The notes beneath the pieces were generated by a model. That model was not told where the DNA came from, did no database searches, and saw only the letters and a program-made list of their open reading frames with translations. Source: Nanobdellota archaeon (lineage in GTDB: Archaea > Nanobdellota > Nanobdellia > Pacearchaeales > GW2011-AR1). Taken from it: DNA of 64,000 nucleotides. The position numbers and the translations under genes are program-made. The stretch covers positions 2,339-66,338 of the forward strand of contig DUKY01000015.1 in NCBI GenBank assembly GCA_013329055.1, given 5' to 3'. Below, piece by piece: positions 55,302 through 63,844 of this stretch (position 1 is the stretch's first letter; each line of letters starts with the position of its first letter).

Positions 55302-57440
55302 TTAATTAGGGAATCTTAAAAAGTTCATATTTCGAGTCGAAAGGGCTAATAATTCATTTTGACTATAAAGTTTGTTGTATATTGCTGCTTCTGTTGCAGG
55401 ATCACTACCCGAAAAAATTTCATAATAAGTAGCCCCTTTAATCTTTTTAATACTTTTAATACCTACTAAATGACCATATCCTGTTTTAGGATCCAACTTC
55501 TGAACAATCATATCCCCTGGTCTAAGATCATTAACATTATTGATTGGAATTAAAGTTTTAACTAATGAGCCTGTATTTGTATTAGCTTGTACACTTTCGA
55601 CATATTCTTTAAATTGTTGATTTTTAAGATTTTCATCGTATGTTTTAACAATAACTTTTCCAGAACTAAAAATGGAATATTCATCCTTAGAAAATCTTAA
55701 AGTTTCTCCATTAGCTATTTTATATCCGAAATCTTCAATGTTCCCTTTTTCAAGTTCATTATAGTGATATAAAGCATCAAGTTCAATTTGTGTATCTGAA
55801 CATTTTTGTTCTTTAGAATCAACAATTAAATTTAAAACATCTTTGTTTTGTTTTTTAAGTACTGGAGTTTTAAATCTATTCCCAAATGCATCATAATAAT
55901 AATACGTGTTAGTATTTTTTATTACCGGAAATCCTTCTATAAATTCAGAATAGCCAACTTGGGCATTTCCATTCTTTATACCTAATGTTTCTGCAAAATA
56001 TCCTCTTTGCTTTTCTGAATCAATTTTATAAGCAGAAGATGTATCCAAATTCAAATCATACACTTGGATTTTTTCAGGAGTATCATAATGAATTACCATA
56101 TCTGATTGTGTAGTAAAAACACTATCATCTTTAATATTTGTATAAACTTTTCCATTGTCTGCTTTTAAATTCCATGCTCCATTTTGAATTTCAAATTTTC
56201 CATCTGCATTTATATCTAATGAAATAGGTTTGTTATCCGGAGAAATTTTAGAAATCTCTAAATTTCCTCCATTTACCGTAAATTCTAATTTTCCTTTTCG
56301 TGGTGTAAAAGAATCTGAATATTTTTCTTCAATAAATTCCGGAAATATTTTGTTATCTTTTGTTAAACTCGAAGTAAAACCTTCTCCTCCTAACCAGATT
56401 TTTTTATTTCCATAATTAAAATAATTCTCGCCTTTATGTGACAAAGCATTAAACTCCTCGTCATAGTAAACATTTAAATCTGCATTCTGAGTTTTATGAT
56501 TTATTCCGTCAATTGTCGCATCAGTTCCTTCCAAAACCTTTACAATTTTTCCATTTTCAACTGTAACTCTTCCCATCTTTCCATCTAAACCTTTAATTTC
56601 ATTCCCATCAAATTTAAAATCACTTTTACTTTGATATATTGCTTCTCCTTTAGGAATATCTTCGCCCTTTAGAATTGTTCCAAAATCTTCTGAACCTTCA
56701 GGAATTTCAATTTTTGGCGGTTCATTATTATTAACATTATAAATAACCCTTGAATTAGGTGGTGCTTTAAAATCTCCTTTTCCAAAATCATAAACTCCTC
56801 CACTTTCATTTGTTGTAAAACTTGCATTAATGATCTTTCCTGTCGAATCAATCTCTATAAATGATGGAAGCTTAGCTTCACTTTGCGATTTAATATTTTC
56901 AAATTTTTTACCTGAGATTTCCAAACTTGCATTCTCTCCGAATGTTAACCTGCTAATTCCTTCTTTTTTTTCAAATGTAACCCCTTTTACACTAATCTCT
57001 TCTTTGTTCAAATTTTCACCAATTAAATCTCCGATTTGTACGTTTTCTCCACCTCCAAATTTCATTGCCCCTTCAATAATTTGTCCTTCTCCATCTATTT
57101 TTAAGGGTTCAATAATCTCTGCTCCATTTTGTTCCAAATTGTCCACCTTTTCGAGGGTATTAATAATTGGTCCTGCTTCAGGTGCAACTTCACTTGCAAC
57201 ACCCCTTGTTTCTTCATAAACCTTTGGCATAAGCCCTTGTGCATTTACATAAGTCATACATGTATTTACTTCTGAATTTGGGTCACAGTGTGTTAAAGCT
57301 TGGCTCTGTATTATTTGAACTACTAAAACTATAAGTGCTGCAACTACTGCCGTTGCTCCAATAATTCCTTCGCCGGAACTTGCTGGAATAGTCCCAATCA
57401 TTAACATCATTGCAAAAATAATAACCAATAGTTTTTTCAT
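55302..57440 (-). CDS. Large (712 aa) secreted or membrane-anchored surface protein, function unknown
   Basis: N-terminal signal plus a second hydrophobic segment (MKKLLVIIFAMMLMIGTIPA...IIGATAVVAALIVLVVQII). Gly/Asn/Lys-rich and beta-rich body. 4-nt overlap with the upstream gene. Confidence 0.6.
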   Translation of the reverse strand: MKKLLVIIFAMMLMIGTIPASSGEGIIGATAVVAALIVLVVQIIQSQALTHCDPNSEVNTCMTYVNAQGLMPKVYEETRGVASEVAPEAGPIINTLEKVDNLEQNGAEIIEPLKIDGEGQIIEGAMKFGGGENVQIGDLIGENLNKEEISVKGVTFEKKEGISRLTFGENASLEISGKKFENIKSQSEAKLPSFIEIDSTGKIINASFTTNESGGVYDFGKGDFKAPPNSRVIYNVNNNEPPKIEIPEGSEDFGTILKGEDIPKGEAIYQSKSDFKFDGNEIKGLDGKMGRVTVENGKIVKVLEGTDATIDGINHKTQNADLNVYYDEEFNALSHKGENYFNYGNKKIWLGGEGFTSSLTKDNKIFPEFIEEKYSDSFTPRKGKLEFTVNGGNLEISKISPDNKPISLDINADGKFEIQNGAWNLKADNGKVYTNIKDDSVFTTQSDMVIHYDTPEKIQVYDLNLDTSSAYKIDSEKQRGYFAETLGIKNGNAQVGYSEFIEGFPVIKNTNTYYYYDAFGNRFKTPVLKKQNKDVLNLIVDSKEQKCSDTQIELDALYHYNELEKGNIEDFGYKIANGETLRFSKDEYSIFSSGKVIVKTYDENLKNQQFKEYVESVQANTNTGSLVKTLIPINNVNDLRPGDMIVQKLDPKTGYGHLVGIKSIKKIKGATYYEIFSGSDPATEAAIYNKLYSQNELLALSTRNMNFLRFPN

Positions 57441-58186
57441 TGTTCAACAATAAATATCCAATTTAATTTCTTTTCGGAAGTATCTTCTTTGTCATTTATT
57501 AAAAACCAAATAATATCATCTTCATATATTGATGGGTCTTCATGAGGGACTGCCAAAATATTAACATTGTTCTTTTCAGAGATTTCTTCTAAACATGTTA
57601 AACAAATAGTTCCCGGATTTTCAATGTACGATTTGATGATTTCTACTGATGCTTCATGGAACTTTTTAAGGTCATAATCTAAATTTGTTTCTGTATTAAA
57701 TCGTGATTTATCTTCTCCTTTAATAACTGTTATTTTATTAAGCATTTTAATCTCAATGTTCTCTTCATTTATCTTTGCTAAAATTGAATAATTTTCATTC
57801 TCTATCTCAAACCCCCGTGTTTTATAACTCTCTAAATCAAAACAGGAATTTAGATTCTCTGAAATATATTTTGCTAATTCTTCTTTAATAATTTCTATTG
57901 TAGGCGTATAATTTTTTGATTCTAAAAAATAATAAGGAATATCTTCAGTAAAATAGACTATTGAAGTTTCAAAAGGGACATCATAATAACCCCCATGTGA
58001 TGCAATGTAATGAACTCCTTCTTCGCTAGTTGTTTCAAAACAAGATTGAAATTCATTATAAACTGGGTCTATACTTTCAGGGATTCCTCCAATTTTAAAA
58101 GAATCTCTTGAAAGAAATATAATCGCTGTAAGAGCAATAACTACAACTGCTATTATTATGAATATTGTAACCTGTCCTCTTTTCAT
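57437..58186 (-). CDS. Protein with an archaeal class III (type IV pilin-like) signal peptide. Start moved to MKRGQ.
   Basis: MKRGQVTIFIIIAVVVIALTAIIFL is a KRG/Q cleavage-type motif followed by a hydrophobic helix. The track ORF extends to 58231. Confidence 0.6.
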   Translation of the reverse strand: MKRGQVTIFIIIAVVVIALTAIIFLSRDSFKIGGIPESIDPVYNEFQSCFETTSEEGVHYIASHGGYYDVPFETSIVYFTEDIPYYFLESKNYTPTIEIIKEELAKYISENLNSCFDLESYKTRGFEIENENYSILAKINEENIEIKMLNKITVIKGEDKSRFNTETNLDYDLKKFHEASVEIIKSYIENPGTICLTCLEEISEKNNVNILAVPHEDPSIYEDDIIWFLINDKEDTSEKKLNWIFIVEQ

Positions 58187-58271
58187 AAATATCTTAAATA
58201 AACACGCGTTATAAAATTTGTGATTTTTCAAGATAAAAAGCTTTATAAAGTAGGAAAATTAGATAATTTTG

Positions 58272-58384
58272 AAGACGGCCATAATAGGTTGGAAATACCT
58301 GTTCCCATCCCGAACACAGAAGTTAAGCTTCCTATGTTAATGACTGTAGTGCCCGACAAGGTGCAAACTCATTAAGCTGTCTTT
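58272..58384 (+). rRNA. 5S ribosomal RNA (stand-alone)
   Basis: CCCATCCCGAACACAGAAGTTAAGC hallmark. The terminal helix AAGACGGC/GCTGTCTT closes the molecule. Confidence 0.85.
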
Positions 58385-58444
58385 CATTTTCTTTTAAAAT
58401 GCATTTAATGTAAGTTCTGCATCAATAACTTCTCTAGGCATTAT

Positions 58445-58651
58445 TTAAGAATATCCATAATATTTTTTTTCCATTAAAGTATATTTTCTTAATATCTTTT
58501 GAGCATCTACTTTCTCAAATGGATTTAATCCTTCAAATGGATTTTTCATAAATCTTGTTCTCAATTCTAACGGGCTGATATCTTTCATCTCTTCTAGTGT
58601 CATTCCAATTTTCTTTTCTATATTCTCAAAATATTTTTGTAGATTATTCAT
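58445..58651 (-). CDS. Small hypothetical protein (68 aa)
   Basis: ORF only; no motif recognised. Confidence 0.35.
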   Translation of the reverse strand: MNNLQKYFENIEKKIGMTLEEMKDISPLELRTRFMKNPFEGLNPFEKVDAQKILRKYTLMEKKYYGYS

Positions 58652-58699
58652 CCTCTCAATAACCCAAAGGTCTTTTAAATATTTAATCTATATAAAAAT

Positions 58700-58957
58700 A
58701 TGAAAAAAATCTCTAAGTCTCAAATTCAAAAAGATATTCATGAATTCTTTATAAATATTAAAGAAAAAACTCCAAAAGAAATTAAAAAAATAAAACGTCT
58801 GGCAATGAAAGATAATATAGCATTAAAAGAATTAAGAAAAACTTTTTGTAAAAAATGTTTAAACCCTTATAATAATCCTAAAATAAGAATTAAAAATAAA
58901 ATTAAAATTATAGTTTGTAATAATTGTAATTATATTTCAAGATATAAATTAAAATAA
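58700..58957 (+). CDS. rnp4: RNase P protein component 4 (Rpp21/Rpr2-like zinc ribbon)
   Basis: LRKTFCKKCLNPY...IRIKN...VCNNCNYISRY matches the Rpr2 CxxC...CxxC pattern, with a basic N-terminal helix. Confidence 0.6.
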   Translation: MKKISKSQIQKDIHEFFINIKEKTPKEIKKIKRLAMKDNIALKELRKTFCKKCLNPYNNPKIRIKNKIKIIVCNNCNYISRYKLK

Positions 58958-58960
58958 AAT

Positions 58961-59161
58961 TTATGATTTCTTAAACTTACTAATAAGTTTAATCAAATCT
59001 TGTTGCCCTAAGAAAACTGATCTGCAACACATTCTATTTAATCCCATTTCATCTAGAACTTTCTTTGAATCTTCGCCGTCTTCCTTAACTCTTCTCTTGT
59101 ATTCTTCCCAAAGTTGAGCAATCGGTTTTCCACATGCAAAACATCTAATTGGAATTATCAT
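58961..59161 (-). CDS. rpoN: DNA-directed RNA polymerase subunit N (Rpo10)
   Basis: MIIPIRCFACGKPIAQLWEEY...GLNRMCCRSVFLG. 66 aa. Confidence 0.9.
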   Translation of the reverse strand: MIIPIRCFACGKPIAQLWEEYKRRVKEDGEDSKKVLDEMGLNRMCCRSVFLGQQDLIKLISKFKKS

Positions 59162-59241
59162 AATATTATTCTTCTATCTTAGTTTTTAAAGCTTACGATA
59201 TTGGATTTTTAGAATCGCCCCTCAAAATTTTTCTGGGTTAA

Positions 59242-59285
59242 AAAAATTTATAAATAAACAGATCTTCAATTATTTATAAATTTTT
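59242..59285. promoter_or_regulatory. Perfect 15-bp inverted repeat of TATA-box-like sequence with a 14-nt spacer
   Basis: aaaaatttataaata (59242-59256) / tatttataaattttt (59271-59285), between rpoN (-) and a small + ORF. Confidence 0.55.
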
Positions 59286-59340
59286 GAATTTTATTTTGAT
59301 AATATTTAAAAATAAATTATAATACATAAAATTAAGAAAA

Positions 59341-59499
59341 ATGGCAAAACCAATCAAATCTGTTCAAACATTAACTGGAAGTGAAGCTGATTTATTTTTA
59401 AAAAAAATGATCTTTGTAGAAAGAAGTAAAGTTACTTTAGAACAAAAAAAGATGGCAGAAGATATTAAAAAAAATATTGGTTTATTATCTGTCTGCTAA
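59341..59499 (+). CDS. Small ORF (52 aa) absent from the supplied track; hypothetical
   Basis: ATG at 59341 to TAA at 59497-59499: MAKPIKSVQTLTGSEADLFLKKMIFVERSKVTLEQKKMAEDIKKNIGLLSVC. Its 3' end overlaps the convergent GNAT gene by 15 nt. Confidence 0.35.
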   Translation: MAKPIKSVQTLTGSEADLFLKKMIFVERSKVTLEQKKMAEDIKKNIGLLSVC

Positions 59500-60075
59500 A
59501 GTTTTAATAAATGGAAGTATATCCATATACATCGGGGTTTCTCTATCATTTCTATTTTTATAAATCTCAAATCCCATTTTTTTATAAAAATGTAATGCAT
59601 CTTTTTTTGGGTCTGAATTTCTTTTTGCATCAAGATAAATAAAACGGCATCCAACATCTAAACTTAATATAAACGCTTTATTTATTGAAAACTGTATTAA
59701 TAAAGTTCCTAAACCTTTTTTTAGATATTTATTCTTTACACATAATCTGCATATTTTTAACGCAGGTAAAGATTTGAAATTTATCCCTTTGTCTTTAAAT
59801 TTTTGTGATAATTCAGAATTTATATTATTTAATTTAACGCAATCTGGTGTTAAAGTTATATATGCAATTAATTCGTTTGTTTGTCTTAAAAACCAAAGAT
59901 AAGTTGCGGAGATTCTCCTATCTTGCTGGTTGAATGCATCTTCAATTAAGAAGTCTACCAAATCTTGTTCATCAGAATTAAAATCTTTTAAAATTTCTGC
60001 ATGGACTTTTGATAATTTTTCAATTCTCAATTCTTCAGGTTTTATCTTATCCTCCCCTTTTCTGAATAAATTCAT
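59485..60075 (-). CDS. GNAT-family N-acetyltransferase, resembling the TacT/AtaT/KacT toxin-type branch
   Basis: DFNSDEQDLVDFLIEDA... and LPALKICRLCVKNKYLKKGLGTLLI...RFIYLDA...ALHFYKKMGF match the F-x-[SC]-x4-L-[DV]-x-[FW]-L and P-A-x-L-[LI]-G-R-L-A-V...KGLG pattern. Confidence 0.6.
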   Translation of the reverse strand: MNLFRKGEDKIKPEELRIEKLSKVHAEILKDFNSDEQDLVDFLIEDAFNQQDRRISATYLWFLRQTNELIAYITLTPDCVKLNNINSELSQKFKDKGINFKSLPALKICRLCVKNKYLKKGLGTLLIQFSINKAFILSLDVGCRFIYLDAKRNSDPKKDALHFYKKMGFEIYKNRNDRETPMYMDILPFIKTLADR

Positions 60076-60446
60076 TAAAAAATAAAAGATTAAATAATTT
60101 TAAACTTTTAGTTTACATTGGCTTTGTAGAAAGTTTATTTTTTGTTTTTTAAATTTTATAAATCCCCTCTATAAATTTTTGCTAAAGCAAAAAGACCCGC
60201 CCTTAAAAATATTTGAATTTCCAAGAAATTAGTATAAAATTCAAAAATTATTTTTTGCTTTCTACAGAGCAGTTTACATTATTTGGTCTTCAATTAAAAA
60301 ATCCAAAAATAAAAAATATTTTTAATTTTTTACAATTTTTATTCGTCCAAAACTTAAAATATAGAAACCCTTATAAACCCACATTTTCTACTTTATTCAT
60401 TCCAGGGTAAGAAACTAAAAAATGTTTTCCGCTAATATATTAAGAA

Positions 60447-61394
60447 ATGGTAACAAGAAAATCACCGAGAAAAGGAAGCTTGCAATTTTGGCCGAGAAAA
60501 AGAGCCAATAAATTCTTACCTAGAGTAAACTGGGATGTAGTCAATTCTGTCGGAAAAAGTTTAAAGGGTTTTATTGGATATAAAGTTGGAATGGTTTCTC
60601 TTTATGTAAAAGATAATACTAATGATTCAATGACAAAAGGAAAAAATATTGCTGTACCCTCAACAATTTTGGAATGCCCTGGCATGAAAATTTATTCTGT
60701 TCGATTCTATAAAGATAATAAATTAGTTACAGAGGTTTTATCTGAAAATTTTGATAAAGAATTAAAAAGAGCAGTAAAATTACCTGGGAAGAAAGATGGT
60801 AAAAAAATTGATGATGTTAAATCGCAAGAATATAATGACGTAAAAGTTATTTGTTATTCACTTGTAAAAAAGATTGGTTTAAAGAAAAAACCTGACTTAA
60901 GTGAAATTGGTCTTAAAGGAAGTCTTGAAGAAAAAATGCACTTTATTAAAGAAAAAATTGGAAAAGAAATATCAATTATCGATGTTTTTGGAAAAGGAGA
61001 ATTAGTTGATTTACGAGGACTAACAAAAGGTAAAGGTTTATCTGGTCCGGTAAGAAGATTTGGAATTCAATTAAAAAATCAAAAATCTGAAAAAGGTAGA
61101 AGAAGGCCGGGAAGTTTAGGTCCATGGCATCCGGCAAGAGTTATTTTCAGAGTTCCAATGGCAGGACAATTAGGAATGTTCACAAGAGTTGTTTATAATA
61201 ATAAAATTCTTGATTTAGGAAAATCAGAAGGCAAGTTTAAAAATATAAAAAATTATGGTGACGTAAAGACTGATTATATTATTGTTAAAGGATCTGTTCA
61301 AGGACCTGCAAAAAGACAATTATTAATTACAACTCCCTTAAGAGAGACAAAAAAAACTAAAAAGAAAAATTATGAATTAATAGAAATAAGATGA
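60447..61394 (+). CDS. rpl3: 50S ribosomal protein uL3 (archaeal type)
   Basis: PRKGSLQFWPRKRA..., GYKVGM, and RGLTKGKGLSGPVRRFG; synteny. Confidence 0.9.
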   Translation: MVTRKSPRKGSLQFWPRKRANKFLPRVNWDVVNSVGKSLKGFIGYKVGMVSLYVKDNTNDSMTKGKNIAVPSTILECPGMKIYSVRFYKDNKLVTEVLSENFDKELKRAVKLPGKKDGKKIDDVKSQEYNDVKVICYSLVKKIGLKKKPDLSEIGLKGSLEEKMHFIKEKIGKEISIIDVFGKGELVDLRGLTKGKGLSGPVRRFGIQLKNQKSEKGRRRPGSLGPWHPARVIFRVPMAGQLGMFTRVVYNNKILDLGKSEGKFKNIKNYGDVKTDYIIVKGSVQGPAKRQLLITTPLRETKKTKKKNYELIEIR

Positions 61395-62185
61395 AATCAA
61401 ATATTTTAGACATAGAAGGAAAGAAAAAAGGAACAATCGATTTACCAGTATGTTTTAATCAAACTGTTAGAGAAGATTTAATCGCTAAAGTTCTTGAATC
61501 AAAAAAAATCAAGCAACCTTATTCTCCAAGTCCTGTTGCAGGTCAGCAAGCTTCAGCAAGTGGTATTATCCAGCATCGAAGAAAAGTTTGGAAAACTGCA
61601 TACGGAAAAGGTATTTCAAGAATCCCAAGAAAAATTATGTCAAGAAGAGGTTCTCAATTTAATTGGGTTGGAGCAACTGTTCCAAATACACGAGGCGGTC
61701 GAAGAGCTCATCCTCCAAAAGTTGTTTCAATGATAAACACTTTAAAAATAAATAAAAAAGAAATGAAAGTGGCATTAATGTCTGCATTAAGTGCAACAAT
61801 CAATGCAAAAAATGTCATCAAAAGATATTTAAGTTTAAAAGATAAAAAAGTTGAAGGATTACCTTTCATCGTAGAATCAAGATTTGTCTCATTAAAAACA
61901 AAAGAATCATTATCTTCTTTAAAGAAAATTTTAGGAGAGTTATATCCTTTAGCAATACAGAAAAAAACAATTAGAAGCGGAAAAGGAACAAGAAGAGGAA
62001 GAAAATACAAGAACAACGCCGGATTATTATTGGTCCTTGGAAATGACGAAAAATACAAAACAACTGCTTTTGATGTAATTAATGTAAAAACATTAAGTGT
62101 TAATAATTTAGCAGAAGGTGTTCCGGGAAGATTAACTCTTTACACTGAAAATGCAATTAAAGATTTAGGAGAAAAATTCAAATGA
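61391..62185 (+). CDS. rpl4: 50S ribosomal protein uL4
   Basis: Position after uL3. RRGSQFNWVGATVPNTRGGRRAHPPK. Confidence 0.85.
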   Translation: MKSNILDIEGKKKGTIDLPVCFNQTVREDLIAKVLESKKIKQPYSPSPVAGQQASASGIIQHRRKVWKTAYGKGISRIPRKIMSRRGSQFNWVGATVPNTRGGRRAHPPKVVSMINTLKINKKEMKVALMSALSATINAKNVIKRYLSLKDKKVEGLPFIVESRFVSLKTKESLSSLKKILGELYPLAIQKKTIRSGKGTRRGRKYKNNAGLLLVLGNDEKYKTTAFDVINVKTLSVNNLAEGVPGRLTLYTENAIKDLGEKFK

Positions 62186-62418
62186 AACCAATTGTAACTG
62201 AAAAAGCTGTAATGATGATTGAAACTCAAAATATTTTAACATTTGTATTCGACCAGCGAAAAGGCAAAGAAGAAATAAAAAAAGAAATGGAAGATTTATT
62301 TGATATTAAAATAGAAAAAATAAGAACATTGATTCGTGGCAATAAAAAATATGCATATATTAAATTAAAAAAGGATTTCCTTGCAATTGACGTTGCAACA
62401 AAATTAGGACTAATGTAA
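62182..62418 (+). CDS. rpl23: 50S ribosomal protein uL23
   Basis: 78 aa. KPIVTEKAVMMIE..NILTFVFD. Synteny between uL4 and uL2. Confidence 0.85.
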   Translation: MKPIVTEKAVMMIETQNILTFVFDQRKGKEEIKKEMEDLFDIKIEKIRTLIRGNKKYAYIKLKKDFLAIDVATKLGLM

Positions 62419-62419
62419 A

Positions 62420-63121
62420 ATGGGTAAAAGAATTATTTCACGAGCAAGAGGAAAGGGAAGTCATACTTACAGAGTAAAAAGAAGAGCATTCAAATATAAA
62501 TTGCAATACCCGGCAAATTTAGAAGGAGAAGGAACTGTTGTAAAATTATTTGGTTCCCCTGCTCATACAACACCACTTGCAAAAATTATTGACGATAAAA
62601 AAGTAAATTTTTATATCCCTGCATTTAAAGGAATGATTGAAGGGCAAAAAATTAATTTTAGCGGATCAGAAATTAAAGACGGTAATATCTTCAAATTAAA
62701 TGATATCCCTGTAAAAACCAAGGTTTATAATATCGAATCTCGTCCCGGTGATGGTGGGAAATTCGTTAAAACTGCCGGAACTTGTGCGATAGTAAATCGT
62801 GTTATCGGGGATTTCGTGTATATTGTTATGCCCTCAAAGAAAGAAAAAAAATTCAATAAAAATTGTCGGGCAATAATTGGAACTGCTGCAGGTGCAGGAA
62901 GATTAGATAAGCCAATTATTAAAGCTGGTAAAAATTATCATATTAAAAAAGCAAGAAATAAATTATATCCAAGAACATCCGCTCTTAAGATGAACGCAAT
63001 TGATCATCCGTTTGGTTCTGGTAGAGGAAAGAACATCAAATCAAAGGTTGCAAAAAGAAATGCACCGAAAGGAAGAAGAGTTGGATTATTAAGGCCAAGA
63101 AGAACAGGTAAACAAAAATAA
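62420..63121 (+). CDS. rpl2: 50S ribosomal protein uL2
   Basis: MGKRIISRARGKGS...IESRPGDGGKFVKTAGT...MNAIDHPFGSGRG. Confidence 0.9.
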   Translation: MGKRIISRARGKGSHTYRVKRRAFKYKLQYPANLEGEGTVVKLFGSPAHTTPLAKIIDDKKVNFYIPAFKGMIEGQKINFSGSEIKDGNIFKLNDIPVKTKVYNIESRPGDGGKFVKTAGTCAIVNRVIGDFVYIVMPSKKEKKFNKNCRAIIGTAAGAGRLDKPIIKAGKNYHIKKARNKLYPRTSALKMNAIDHPFGSGRGKNIKSKVAKRNAPKGRRVGLLRPRRTGKQK

Positions 63122-63122
63122 A

Positions 63123-63434
63123 ATGACAGAAAGAATGATATATAATACTGAAACTAAAAAAGAACTATTAAACTTAATAGGTATTTTAAGAGAAGGAGAC
63201 ATTATTCAAACAGGTAAATATTTGTCAAATAATTCTGGTTTTATGGTAGATCATAAAGCATTATTGGCAGAGATTGATAATGGTAAAATTTTCATCTTAA
63301 GACATCAAACTGCTTATAATGATATAAGAGAAACAATCTTTAGTGAGGATGGAAATTTTTTATATTTACCTGTAAATTCAGTGGATTCAAATGAATATAA
63401 ACAACAATTAAAACAAGCAGGTATTTGGAAATAA
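63123..63434 (+). CDS. Unknown 103-aa protein inserted between uL2 and uS19
   Basis: ORF packed 1 nt after the uL2 stop, with its own stop 1 nt before the uS19 ATG. No recognisable motif. Confidence 0.5.
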   Translation: MTERMIYNTETKKELLNLIGILREGDIIQTGKYLSNNSGFMVDHKALLAEIDNGKIFILRHQTAYNDIRETIFSEDGNFLYLPVNSVDSNEYKQQLKQAGIWK

Positions 63435-63435
63435 A

Positions 63436-63843
63436 ATGGAAGAAAAAATAGAAATGAAGAAGAAGGAATTTAAATTCCAAGGAAAAGAATTAGCAGAATT
63501 AAAGTCTCTGGATGTTAGAGAGTTTGCTAAACTTTTAAGAGCAAGACCAAGAAGAACTATACTTAGAAATTTCCAAAAACTTGAATCTTTCATTAATCGG
63601 TCTAAGATAAAAATTCAGAAAAATAAAAACATTAAAACTCATAGCAGAGATTTAATTGTTGTACCGGAAATGATTGGTTGGAAAATTTCAATTCATAGTG
63701 GAAATAAATTTAATCCTGTTGAAATAACCGGAGAAATGTTAGGTCATGTATTCGGTGAATTTGCCCCAACAAGAGCAAAGATACAGCATTCTAAATCAGG
63801 TGTTGGAGCAACAAAAGGAACTAAACATAAGAGTAAAAAATAA
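63436..63843 (+). CDS. rps19: 30S ribosomal protein uS19
   Basis: SRDLIVVPEMIGWKISIHSGNKFNPVEITGEMLGHVFGEFAPTR. Confidence 0.9.
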   Translation: MEEKIEMKKKEFKFQGKELAELKSLDVREFAKLLRARPRRTILRNFQKLESFINRSKIKIQKNKNIKTHSRDLIVVPEMIGWKISIHSGNKFNPVEITGEMLGHVFGEFAPTRAKIQHSKSGVGATKGTKHKSKK

Positions 63844-63844
63844 A

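Noticed and set aside
60213-60410. 65-aa ORF upstream of rpl3
   Set aside because: It has an alternative start and a low-complexity translation, and it lies in the promoter or leader region of the ribosomal operon. It is more likely non-coding.
469-62058. About 40 short track ORFs lying antisense to, or in another frame within, larger genes (e.g. 469-789, 3924-4160, 6091-6336, 8663-8932, 14003-14479, 35290-35634, 56830-57219, 61494-61733 and 61708-62058)
   Set aside because: All are fully embedded in longer ORFs that have clear family motifs. They have low-complexity, Leu/Phe/Ile/Lys-rich translations typical of AT-rich shadow frames.
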